Part shown: one piece after another, positions 25,320 through 37,721 of the stretch
How positions within the stretch are numbered: position 1 is the stretch's first letter
Layout of the letters: each line of letters begins with the position of its first letter
NCBI RefSeq assembly: GCF_964204865.1
Contig: NC_135252.1
Location: 3,224,001-3,288,000 of the forward strand
Length of the DNA stretch: 64,000 nt
DNA from: Styela clava
Lineage: Eukaryota
Direction: 5' to 3'
Position numbers and translations under genes: made by a program
The notes under the pieces: model-generated
The model's database searches: none
What the model was told of the DNA's origin: nothing
What the model saw: only the letters and a program-made list of their open reading frames with translations

Positions 25320-26670
25320 ATGTATTCACGCATTTTATGTTTAGGCATGGTATTGGTGTGGAATTGAATTGATGGCCAAGGAATATATAGTGATCAAATT
25401 TGTGGTGTTTTTGCATGGTGTGACAAATTCTTCTCTGTCTCAAGCATAATGTAATCATAGATCTAACCATCGCTATATAATGACAATACATCCCAGAAGC
25501 ATTTAATTAAATGTGATACAGTAAATCAAGACACGTACAAACAAATCAAAACAATGCTTGTGAATTCTGCGCTCAGACAATTATAAAAACAATTATCAGG
25601 AAAACACTAACTGACTAATAACGCGCGTAAACATGTAGGCCCATATAATTAATGAAGCCAATGTTCCTAAAAACAGTAGATACACAAAACAAAAACAATA
25701 ATACGCCATGAAATGAATGTCTAAAACGTTATGAATTGGCCCGTTTATATCAGATTATATCAGTACGAATTCTCATTTAGCCTGTCATCAAAGTCATTGT
25801 AGAGCAAATAAGTACACATATGATTATGAAGAGTATTCTGATTCTGTTATATCTGTCACCAAGAAAACCCAATACAATGCCTATGATAGTGAAGATCGCC
25901 ACAAAAATTATACCAGCAAGAAGTTGATAATCTACAGTCTACTCTACACCATCCTGTCATCGCCTTTGTAATCCCAGATGCAAACTTGTGTTCCGTTAAC
26001 CGTGGCATTAGCCTACTCCACAAAGTATCTCATTTCCCGACATATTGCTATATGAAGAGAGAGAGAGAGTTTATTTGCTTTGTCCACCAGAAAACATATA
26101 CACAACAAAAACATAATTAATAAAAAGCGAAACAGTTCTCGGTATAGACTGGGTGGCAACGATACGACCATGCGGTCATCGGGGTCTGTTACCACCCAAC
26201 ATTAATATCAAAAAACATGAATAAAAAAATGCTTCAAATATGTTTTAACATATTTTAGGTGTGTCCAAAAATAACATTAAGTTTTCATGGAAAGAAAGAA
26301 AATTAATAAAATATTTACATAGAATAAAATTAATAAAATATTTACATATAAGCCGAAGATTTGCAGTCATGATCGGGCATGCATCCCATCTCGCCAAAAT
26401 TCTTTCTTATATGAAAATGATAGTTTCAAACTTTTAAAACTTCAAACAATTTGTAGGCGCGATCTCTCAAAATAAGCGTCTAAAATTTTGCAATGGCGAA
26501 GTGTAGGGAGAACTTTTCTTGGGTCAAAGGTCGGGAGAACGTCCATGCAGCTGTGGTTGTTTTGGTTAGATTTCTAGTGTTTCAGAATTATGTTCACTTT
26601 GGGTTAGTAGACCAAAGCCCATATATACAGATATTGAGATATACAACATTTCTAACAGTTTAAAAGATAA

Positions 26671-29600
26671 ATGGCTGCTATATTCGCTTTGAAAACTGCA
26701 TATGCAGATTCAGATGATAGTGATGGGTCAGCGGATGGTGAGATCGCGGCAGGCAAAGTTATTTCTGAAGAGTCAACGCTTCACTTAAAATCCACAGATG
26801 GTCCTTCATCGAGTTCAAAAATGCAATTGGTTGTTGCGGCTCCTGAAGTTATAACTAAGGTAAGATACAAGTCAATTCTGCAATTAAAACTGTACCGTAT
26901 TACATAACGTAATTTCAGCTTTTAATTAAATTCAAGCACATTGAGAAAAACATGTGTAATTAGATGAACTAGCTTGGTTCTGCTGTCCCCTACAACAGGC
27001 TGCCCCTAGGCCCACCTCTAGTCAGGGCAACCTGAGCTTCTGGAACCTTTTGTTTCATTATTCAGTTATTCTTCAAAACTCATGGTCATGTACAAGTTAT
27101 ATTATTAAAATTATTAATAATTATATATTATATTATTGGCGCGGCGGTGTGGCTCAACGGGCTAAGCGTTAGGAATACGCTCGCCACCGCACCTCTAATT
27201 ACTCTGCGTGGGTTCGCAGGTTCGAATCCCATGCAGGGATGGTTATGTGCGAGAGGATTGCTGGACTCCTCGCCGTCGTTGGGTGGTTCACGTAACTGCT
27301 GGTCGGTTATGGCTTCCTCCACCACCAAGTCCATGCTTCAGAAAACAAACAATATAACTAATCCCATACCCGACTTGGAATGGTAGCCGGACGAGAGGCC
27401 GTGGTGTGCCATATGGACACCACCGTCTTATCAGCTTTCCTCTCCCCCAGGATAAATATGTAAATCCTATCCTATCCTAAAATATAGAACTGCATCTTCT
27501 TCTTTAATCTACACAGGAGGATGTACAAGGAACAAAAGCCATTGATCATGTCACGAATAAGGAGGTTATGTTCAATCCAACATATCAACAGATGTTTGCA
27601 CCAGAACAGGTTTTATTTCTTTAAAGATTCCATTGTTGAAGCCTTCTTTTCTTGTTCGTGGTGAACATGTGATTAATTTTGTTTACAGGGACCAGCAAAT
27701 CCATTCAAAACAAGGCAACAATTGGCACAAAAGAACACATTAGCAGGCTTTGTGCAAGAAGCTCATGTCGATAAATTTCAGTTTGAAAATCAGAGAAAGA
27801 CGTTTTATAGTTATGGTATGGTGATACACTACTGTTCTATATACTAACATTGGAGGAAAATCGGTCACATTAGGTCAGTGGTGCCCAACCACCTTTTCTA
27901 TAAATTCAAGACTTTACTTCCCTTGAAACTTTTTATTTCTTCCTCTCCCTGGATAACGCTGCATCGGGTTATGTGGAATTACCTTATTCATGCATCAGAG
28001 ATTGCAGACTTTTGGTGATCAAGCTACTCGCATAACAAATTTTTATTATGAAGCCATTCGAGCATACAACCCAACCCTGTTAATAGTTTTCAATAAGTCA
28101 AAACAGAAACATTGTTTCATAAAAATCTAAATACCAGCTGTATCTATCTGTTCCAAATTATGAGTGCTTTCTCATTTATTAACTTGTTCATAAAGAGTAT
28201 ATAAAATACCTGTTGATAAGTCAATCTTTATTGCTAATAATTTTCTATTCTTATTATGTTCTCACTTAATTTTCTAAATATATCTGAATATGGCATTACA
28301 ATCTTTCTTCAGGCTATGCAGTCGATCCTTCCATTGATGAATCTGGAATTGATGAAACAGCAGGAAACAAGACAGTGATTGGTATGTTTTTATGTTTTTT
28401 TTATAACTTCTATGATTACTGAAACTTTTGGGTGCAATCATACACAAACAAAAGTATTATATATATTTGCTTCATTTACGTTGAAGTAATTAATAAATTT
28501 ATAGTTCTTTTCTTTCTGGGCCACCCTGTATTTTAAATACTCCCATGTCATTACTTTTGAATCATTTTAATAAGTCCATCTTGCAGCAAATTTGAATTTA
28601 TGTCATATTCGAAACTAAGCCATTCAAATTTTCAATATCCAAATTCCAACTATACCGAAAGGAAAACAGTAATTCCCGACACAGAATCTGATAACATAAT
28701 TTTGTTCGAATAATTTTTTTTAGTTTTGTTTTTAACTAATTTTTTCGTCATTCCTCAATCGGATATTATTTTTTCCAGCTGATGTTGGTGAGGAACTGAT
28801 GGCCAAAAACAATGAAAAAGAGAGAACTGTTTTTGAAAAAATCAAAACAAGAGAGGCTGATAAAAGGAAGAGACAGAAATGTGATAATCCTGAGGATATT
28901 GACGGATTTCTTGGACCTTGGGGTGGATTTGTTGACGATGTTAAAATTTCCAAACCTTCTGAGGTAACTTTTAATTGCCTAGCATTGACTTGAATATGCA
29001 GTGAATTAATAGATAAGAAGCATTATATAAAAAAAGCAGTTTTCGACATAGCCTACTAAATTTATTTATTTTAGACGCTGATTGAGATGAGCTTGGGTTT
29101 TAACTTGAGTTTTCATCTTGCGGCCACAAACTAGCTAAGCCAACGTGCATATTATAGCTATTGTGCCTGATAAAATGATTTGTTTGTAAACAGTTATTTT
29201 GGTATGGTTTAAATCACTAGGACATGGTGAATGGGGTTTGGTGAGTTTCAATAAGTCATCTCAACATTCTCAAGTGATATATTATATATCATGTAATAAA
29301 AAAAACAAGAGTGATATTACTAATGTGTATTTGCATATGGATTTCAGGAAGAACAGATAGAAATCGATGAACTGCTTGCAAAGCGTAAAAAGAGAGGGAA
29401 GAAAGCAGAGGAAGCAACCATCGAAGAAAAGACAACATTACATGTCAAAAATCCAAATGATTATCAGGTAAGTGTATCACAATATATTACAGTGAAATAT
29501 AGCCAATGAAGGGATGCAGTTGTTGATCAATGAAAATGACCGAGCATAATACTGGATTGGGCTTGAAGAAAGTGTCCTGAAATTTGAATGCATATTTTAT

Positions 29601-32600
29601 TACCTCTAGTAGAGTGATGCTGTTAGAACCTAAAAAATCTCTCATGCCTTTTTAACTTGTTCTGATGTCATGCTTTATATTTCCCATGTGTGCCTTGCAT
29701 ATCTTATTAAAGATGGCCGCCAATTAGGAAGTTCTTAGCTTTAAAATGAGTTGAATTTTAGGCTAACATGGTAATACTATTTTCAGGGTCGATCTTACCT
29801 CCATATACCTCAAGATGTTGGTGTGAATTTAAAATCAGATACTCCTCCAGACAGATGTTTTCTGCCAAAAAAACTTATTCATACATGGAGTGGTCACACA
29901 AAAGCAGTTTCAGCAATTCGTTTATTTCCAAAATCTGGTCATTTGTTGCTCTCCACATCAATGGACTGCAAAGTTAAAGTAAGTAAAGCATAGACATCTT
30001 AATAGTCTGTTGGGATATCTGTGGATATGTCAATGATCAAGAGACTGTGGGATCTGATCAATGTCATATGTTATCCTTTTTCTATCAAAAAAATTTTGCT
30101 TGACTTTGAGTTGACAACAGTTTAGACCAGGAGTGAGAAAGGTTTTTGGACCAGTGCCAAAAAATTTTTCCCACCTAAATTGGCGGGCCATGTAAGTGTG
30201 ATGTAAAAAATTACATTTTATGAACAATAGTTAGTGTTACAAAAGCAAAAGTGGAAAACAATAAGCCTTGTGCTAAAACTAAATTTAATCGCAATCTGAA
30301 AAAAAAAATTAAATTTCAAGAATGGGTTTTAGTTAGGTTGTGGCAGCATCAGGCAGGCCAGATTGAATTACTCAGCGGGCCGGATTTGGCCCGCAGGCGT
30401 AGTATGTCCGGTTTAGACTCTAATCTCTAAATTAGACTCTAAATCAGGGGTCACCAACGCGTTGCCCGCGGGCACCAAGTCGCCCGCGAAGACCATATGA
30501 GTCGCCCGCAGGTCTGTTCCAAACTAAGCTTAATAACGGCTCTTATAAGTAAGCTAGATCAATTATATTTTGTCCTGCTATTTTAGTATAAATCACACTT
30601 ATATGGAAACTAGAAATGACACTATATTAATTATTGTAACCATCAACCTTATTGGACACGTTAGTGGACATAACGATCGTTTTGGTATTTTTGTTGTTCT
30701 TGTTCTTATTTGTCTTCTTCTTGGTATCGTTATGAAAAAATCGCTTTTATCGTTGATTACTGGACCAATTGCTTTGAAATTTTCAGTGAGTAAAGATTAT
30801 ATTTTTCCCCAGAAGGCTATTACTTTTATTTATTCTTAAATTTTATATGAATCCTATGAGATATGATATTTCATACAAAATTTCGCGGTATTTATTTTTA
30901 CTCATGGGAACACTGTTTTACACTTATTTCAAGCGGTTTCGCGATCGATTGTCTTGCTCAGTACTACAGCTACTGTAGGTCGGTACTGGTAAGTTGCCAT
31001 ACCGTTACCGTAACGCAGTGAAATTGACTTATTCCTTCCGCGGTAATACTAATGCTGCAATGCAAGTTTTATAGCCTATCGTATGCGGAACGGAATATCA
31101 GACCTACAGGTTCGGTACCGGTACTGGTAGCTCAGTACGTAAGTACGATACTGGTACTGGTGCCGGTACCGGTGTCTTACCACAATGAAATTACCGTAAC
31201 TTATTCTTTCACGGTCCTACCAGTGCAGTAATGCAAGCATTGTAGCACTTGTAGCCTACTATATTTGTTTATTTTGATAAGAGTCTACTGGAAACAACAT
31301 AAAATTTGAAAGGGAAGAATTGTTCTGTGATCAATTATCTGTCCTAAAGTGTAAACAACATAAAATTTGCAAGGGAACAACTGTTCTGTGATCAATTACC
31401 GTATATGGCCTACAGTGTACAGGTAAGATGCTGGCTGACTGCTAACTCAGTACCGCACCTACGTTAGGTACCGGTACCGCCGTGAATTCAGCTCTCATCT
31501 CTTTGTTGGACACGTAGTGGACATAACGATCGTTTCAATATTATGTTGTTGTTCTTGTTCTTTGACACGTTTTTAAAAAGTCGCTTTTCTCTTCGAATAC
31601 TGGACCAATTGCTTTGAAATTTTCAGTGGTTAAAGATAAAAATTTTCTCCAGAAGGCTATTACTTTTTTTTTCGCTTAGACCTCATCAAAATTATGTGAC
31701 TCTACGTGTCCATATATTTGAGCATAGCTCTCTTGTTTTACTTTGACCTCAGTAATGTGACGGGTCAATTAACACTCTTCCAATTATGACATCACATGGA
31801 GGTCACTTTCCACGAACCCGCGCTTTTTCTTGTCCGTTGGTTAGCGGAGCAGTAATAATACAATTATTGATTCCAAAGAAAAACCCATCATTTTCACGAT
31901 GAATGGGAGGTGGATATATTTATACCACCATGAAAACAGCCTGCGTGTGTCTCATTAGTGGGGCGATTTTAGCGACGGCAAAGCGGAGAGATATTTCACA
32001 TCTTGTCACGTAATCTTTCGCGCTAACTACAACTGGTCAGCACAGTACGGACAGAAAAAGCTCGCGATTCAAATCATACAGCAATCCTATTTTACGAGAC
32101 CATCGTTTGTTTCAACCTATCCTTTCGAATCAACATTTTTGACATAAACTCAGGATAGGAGGAGATTCACATATTTATCCCGGGGAAGAAGATAGGACGG
32201 CTTAACCATATGACAAACCACGGCTTCTTGCTGGTTACCATTCGATGTCGGGTATGGGATTAGTTAGTTATTTGTTTCCGGAAGCCTGGACTTGATGGCG
32301 AAGGTAGCCTTAACCGACCAGCGGTTACGTGAACGACCCTACGGCGGCGAGGAGTCCAGCTATCCTTTCGCACATAGCTATCCCCGCATGAGATTCTAAC
32401 ATGCGAACCTAACGCTTGACACGATGGGTTATAGCGCCGCGACTCACTCCACCAAGAACAAACATGGAACACGCCTCACTGATGAAAATCTGCAAGACTC
32501 GCTCAGAGTTACAGTGTCAAATTACACGTCGGAGTATAATACTCTGCAACATTTGATAGTACAACTGTTAATTACATTTTATCTTAGACTTGTGCAGAGA

Positions 32601-35600
32601 TTTGAAAACACTCAGTTTTGAAATACAAGTGTTATTGATAGAAATTTATTTGCAACGTTTTGATAATTGTTTGATTTCCTGAAGAATTCTAAAGTTTATT
32701 AGTGTCTATACTTCACTAAATACCAGTAATTATATCAATAATTGAAGCTTAATCGAGCAACTGATTTTTTAGAAGTGTACATTGAACTGGTAGCCCAGCC
32801 CGCAGCTTAATCTGTACCCAAAAAGTAGCCCTCGGCTTCGAGAAGGTTGGTGACCCCTGCTCTAAATATTTGACGTCTGACTCTGGGATAGTGAAACTGG
32901 GATATTCGCCAGCTTTTTCCAGATTCAGTTAGGGACTTGACTGACTTCTAGAAATTTGAATCATGGCCCAGCCTGCCCCAGGAGGCATGTTTTTAGTCAG
33001 ACTCTAATTCATACTTTTGTAAAAAAAACAAGATGCATTCAATGAACAACCTGCCGTGGGATTTTCATATTTATCCCAAGGGAGAGGAATGTCGATAAGA
33101 TGGATCAATCATATGGCCAACCACGGTTGTTTGTTTCAGATATACAGAATTAATGGTGGCGGCAGCCATAACTGACCAGCTGTTACAGTTACATCGATCA
33201 TCAAGTGGTCCTTATAAGGCTATTCGTGGTTTGACTTTGAATCAGATTTAAAGATATTTTTACTCAGTCAAACATTGGTCACAGTTTTACTTATTTAATA
33301 GAAGTCTCCTTGAATTCATATCTAATTTTATGCATAATATCTTTAGATTTGGGAAGTTTATAATAAAAGACGACTACTGCGAACTTATCACGGTCATGCA
33401 AAAGCAGTGAGAGATGCTTGTTTTTCAAATTATGGATCAGAATTTTTAACAGCCGCTTATGATCGATATATAAAGTTATGGGATACAGAAACAGGTTTGT
33501 CAGATTTCAATTCCATCCATCTATTGTAAAGTTATTTCGGCTTATTAAAAGTGAATATCGATAATCCAGTAGATAGCTAACTATGTTGCTTTTTAAATTA
33601 CTTTTTTTGGCACTCCAGAAGTACCGGTATGTGTACCGATATGGAGGTAACTAATTTTGTTCGCCTACTTCAAGTTGTGTAAATGGACTGAAACTTATAG
33701 GCAAACCTAACCCAGACAGTCCCTGAACCCATAATAGAACTAAAATAAGGAAAATCGGAATCAAATTACTGCCTAACCCTAACCTGGTATACACCATACA
33801 GGAGTACAGATTTTTTTTTTTGTAATAATACAGTCTAATTGTTCCGTACAAATTATGTTAGCTTTAACCTCAACTATTTTAAAATAATTTTGATATCAGA
33901 AAAAAGGTTGTTAATCTTGAACTAGTATTGCTTTATTTACAGATTACAGTATAACATTTAAGCCTTCTATAATGACTTATCCAAGTTGTACCTTGTACTA
34001 TTGTTGTTATTGATCACTGAATTCATTTTTTTAGGTGAATGCAAAGCTAAATTCACAAGCAATAAAGTTCCATATTGTGTCAAATTTAATCCAGATGAAG
34101 ATAAGCAAAATATTTTTGTTGCTGGAACCTCAGATAAAAAAATAGTCGCAGTAAGTTTGATATTACTATAATCAACAGAATTTACCATTAGATACATTAT
34201 AGTTATACTAAACTATACCATCTTGAACAAACATCGACTTTTCCAAATTTATATAACTTTATCCTAAGATGTTATTCAAATAATTTAGAATCTATATAAA
34301 CAAATTGGTGAGACTGGCCTGCTGGACGTTATGCTGTACTAAATAATTGGAAATGCGGAAGCGTGACTATTGGCCAACAATATATTATTATTATATTTAT
34401 ACTACTATATTATTATATATATATATTATATACCATATTTATATATATTATGTTATATTTATTTTATAATATATTATATTTACTTTCAAGTGGGATACCA
34501 GATCCGGGGAAATTGTTCAAGAATATGATCGTCATCTTGGAGCAGTAAATACCATTACATTTGTCGATGATAACAAAAGATTCGTTTCAACATCTGATGA
34601 TAAAAGTTTGAGAGTTTGGGAATGGTGAGCCAATTTATATATGTTCACATGGCGAGCATTAAGTAAAGTTTTTTCAGACATTGCCTTCATATAGGCCAGT
34701 GGTTCTCAACCTGTGGTAAGCATACCACTAGTGGTACCCGGTAGCTTTGTAAGTGGTACGCGATCAGCTTTGAAATATTGCAACAATCAACTTTTGAGTT
34801 GGCTAAAATATGCCGGTAGCGTTTTATCTTCCATATTGTATATATTCACTGAAAGGCATTTATAGCGCCTCCAGTTATTTTTTTAGAGATCGCCCTCGTC
34901 CGTTTTGCGTGTTACATCACAAAGGATGTTGTACCACATAAAATACTCCCATAGCCCGTTTTTGTGCCATTGTTCCCCACCCCAAAACAGGCTTTGTCGA
35001 GGGTACGCGGTCATAGTATAAAACAGTAAAGTGGTATGTGGTTAGTGAAAGGTTGAAAACGACTGATTTAGGCTTACCACACGTCTGGGTTTAAGTGGGA
35101 TAGTCCCCAATTTTGACAAGCCCTCCCTCACGTCCCACCCTGTAAACGTAAATGCTTTTTTTATTTAATACCCATACAATTTTTTTTTAATGGAGGTAGT
35201 CCATTTATACCACTGATTTGCGACTTACTTCACTAGTACATTAGAAGAACTACGATATTGTTATGTCACAATTAATATATGTTTAATACGTCAAATTAAC
35301 ATAATATGTGACATAACGTTAAATTATTCAAAATGTCGAAAGGAAAGAGCACACCTTACATTGATTCGAACCAAGGTTTGTCCCATTCCCACTGTCCCTG
35401 TTTTTTATTTGATAAATATGGTAATCCTACGTTTATCTATTTATATAGTTGCTTATCGTATGATTTGAGTGAAACATTTTGAAGAACAATGATCCCTTTA
35501 GTTTGATATATTAATATTTCGGTACTCCCGAAGTATGCGAACCAAGATGGTGGACATCGGAACGTAACATGGGTAACAGGTTAGGGTTAGGCGATAATTT

Positions 35601-37223
35601 TTTTCCAATTTTCCTTATTTTAGTCCTATTATCAGTTCGAAGACTAGCCAAGAGCCTCCCGTAGTATTTATACCTAAAATTATGGCCTAACCCTAACCTA
35701 GTACACATATTACATTCCGATGTCCGCCATCTTGGTTCGCATACTTCGGGAGCCCCAATATTTCAGTCAATTGATCATGTAAGTGTAGCATCTGGTCAAG
35801 TTTGAAGTCAAGTTTATTATGATAATATTTGTCAGATCTGTAGAATCTGAGTCTGAATAAAGTCGGAGGCTGGAATTTTATTTCCAATCTGTCAGAGATA
35901 AAAATTGAAAAAATTGGAGTTATTGAAAAATCCTAACATACACTCAAAAGTTGACTGAGTATTCTTAACAGACAAGAAAGGAAGTCTTGCATACAACAAA
36001 GTTTTGTTATCAAAATTTGGTTTTCCTAGCTGGGGTCAGAGTAAAAAAAAATTCAACTTGAATCGAATGCTTGAGTCGTAGTCTAAATGCCACTAAGACA
36101 TATAGAGTTGACTTAGATCTGCTGGGCTGATTATTTGCCATTTTTTCTTTGTTTTTAGGATAGTATCTATCTATGTATAACACAAAGTGACTGTAACATA
36201 GCTGAAATATGATTGTCCAGGAAAGGATGGCTTAGATTTGGCGGCTTAGAAACATTGCTGAAACCTTTTCGCATTAGCATACTGTAAGAATTAATCATTT
36301 AAGAAGAGTGAAATTGACTGTATATTTTTTCCAGGGATATTCCGGTTGATTTCAAATATATTGCCGACCCTGGGATGCATTCAATGCCTTCTGTTACTTT
36401 ATCACCCAACGGAAAATGGTTGGGTTGTCAGTCTCTTGATAATCAAATTATGATATTTGATGTTCATGGAAGATTCAGAGTCAAACAGAAGAAGAAGTTT
36501 AAAGGACATATGGTGAGTTGCAATGGAAAAACCCTTAACCGTGTTCAAACCAGGCGTAGGCAGTTTGTTCTAATATATTTGCAGTTTGAGCTAAGAACAC
36601 ACCATAATTCAATAACCCAGTTTCTCCGAATTCCGCTAAAAAGATCACAATGTTTCCCTCGCATTTCAACAGTTTCAAGGATTGAAAACAATTTTGTGGT
36701 GACCATATAAGCTAAACTTCAATCTTGATAATTGAAGTGAAACAAAGCTCATGGTATTTGTCTTCCTAGTATTTTGGCAACTCATTAAATATTTGAAGTT
36801 AACTATCAAATATTTATTGAGTCGCCATGAAATTGGAAGTTACAAATTAATGACTTAATATGTACAATAAATATATCAACATATCAAACCCCTGCAGTGC
36901 AAACAACTTCCAATGCAAAGTAATCACGTTTGTTTGTTCAACAACATCGAAGTGCTGTTAAATTTCACCCTCTATCTAATTCAATTTTTCTCTTATTTTA
37001 GGTTGCCGGTTATGCTTGTCAAATGGATTTTTCTCCTGATTTGTCTTATGTTGTTTCTGGTGATGGGGACGGTAAAGTTTTTATCTGGGATTGGAAAACT
37101 ACAAAACTATTCAGTAAATTTCGAGCTCATGATAAAGTCTGTATCGGATGTTTATGGCATCCTCATGAAACTTCTAAAGTCATTACCTGCGGGTGGGATG
37201 GCCTCATTAAACTCTGGGACTGA
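26671..37223 (+). CDS. CDC40: Pre-mRNA-processing factor 17 (WD40 second-step splicing factor), 590 aa, 12 exons
   Basis: Exons 26671-26859, 27517-27609, 27689-27815, 28313-28381, 28779-28963, 29348-29467, 29787-29978, 33347-33494, 34035-34150, 34491-34624, 36335-36512, 37002-37223. Diagnostic peptides [70 protein letters not shown]. Confidence 0.98.
27138..27479 (+). mobile_element. Full-length tRNA-derived SINE in CDC40 intron 1
   Basis: Pol III A box TGGCTCAACGGG and B box GGTTCGAATCCC, ~240-nt body and (CCTAT)n tail. At least four other copies lie in the window. Confidence 0.9.
30128..30410. mobile_element. hAT MITE
   Basis: Perfect 8-bp TSD GTTTAGAC; GCGGGCCGGATTTGGCCCGC subterminal motif; homologous to 62015-62310. 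Confidence 0.8.
30649..31738 (+). mobile_element. Tandem/composite HINE family 1 elements nested in the hAT element
   Basis: The 5' end TTGGACACG(T)TAGTGGACATAACGATCG occurs twice (~30652 and ~31506). There is a single 3' end, CTACGTGTCC-ATATATTT-GAGCATAGCTC-TCTTGTT. Confidence 0.75.
32151..32443 (-). mobile_element. tRNA-derived SINE copy
   Basis: Reverse complement of the 27138 SINE, from the AGGATAGG tail to GCGCCGCG. Confidence 0.85.
33055..33190 (-). mobile_element. tRNA-SINE 3' fragment
   Basis: CATATTTATCCC...GGAGAGGAA..CGATAAGA...CATATGGC...AGCCATAACTGACCAGC. Confidence 0.7.
33609..33808. mobile_element. Merlin-like MITE (long subfamily)
   Basis: GGCACTCCAGAAGT ... CCTAACCCTAACCTGGTATACAC..AGGAGTAC; T-rich partial TSD. 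Confidence 0.78.
34380..34480. repeat. AT-rich low-complexity (TAT/TA) tract just upstream of the CDC40 exon 10 acceptor
   Basis: About 100 nt made almost entirely of A/T in TATTA/TATA units. Confidence 0.8.
34697..35065. mobile_element. hAT MITE
   Basis: TIRs CAGTGGTTCTCAACCT ... AGGTTGAAAACGACTG; TSD ATATAGGC/ATTTAGGC. Confidence 0.85.
35521..35756. mobile_element. Merlin-like MITE with long TIRs and inward telomere-like motifs
   Basis: TIRs GGTACTCCCGAAGTATGCGAACCAAGATGG(T/C)GGACATCGGAA; internal GGTTAGGGTTAGG and CCTAACCCTAACC; perfect TSD AATATTTC. Confidence 0.9.
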
Positions 37224-37721
37224 GTAGAGGAACTGTTTGTTAAAAGGATTTTCCTATGATGACCTGGGATGTCCCTGGCAGTGATGGTGTTGTGCCTTTG
37301 TACAATGGGCACTGAGAATCGAAAGTGGGTTATACAAAACTTCAACTTGTGGTTGGATGATTCACAGTTTTTTGAGAAGGTCGATATGATAAATTTGTAG
37401 CTCAATCATACAGTTACTCTGGACCAGTTTTCATACTTTTATTTCATTGCACTTTATTATGAATTGCTCTAAAATGTTTGTAAAGTAAAAAGCTAGAATT
37501 ACGAGAAATAAATTCCTGTTCTTGCTGTAAGCGCCTTGGTAGGCTTGTCGCTGCACAAGTTGCGTCTGAGGTTTTAGGCCCACGCTTAGCCGTCGAAGCA
37601 CCAACATAGCATACGCGTGTATCGGAATGTTCATTGTTGTAACTCTTGGTTGGCATGTCAACGGGGCGGCGTTCTCTATTGTTGCTGTCACGCTCCATTT
37701 GTTTGTTCTTACGCGGGAAAT

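Larger units (their letters stand above)
30445..32859 (+). mobile_element. hAT/Charlie element with a transposase remnant and nested insertions
   Basis: TIRs CAGGGGTCACCAAC/GTTGGTGACCCCTG; perfect TSD CTCTAAAT. The remnant [11 protein letters not shown] (~32107-32140) continues after a SINE as [20 protein letters not shown] (~32451-32510). Confidence 0.92.

Noticed and set aside
25400-26000. Possible minus-strand LINE RT/endonuclease remnants
   Set aside because: Only a faint resemblance (TVSHL...) with multiple stops; too degraded to call without a search.
27138-27240. tRNA gene
   Set aside because: A and B boxes are present, but I see no cloverleaf or poly-T terminator. The sequence continues into a repeated body and CCTAT tail, so it is a SINE head.
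35578-35700. Interstitial telomere or chromosome-fusion scar (head-to-head TTAGGG/CCCTAA)
   Set aside because: Only about two units on each side, embedded in a TSD-flanked MITE that recurs across the window.
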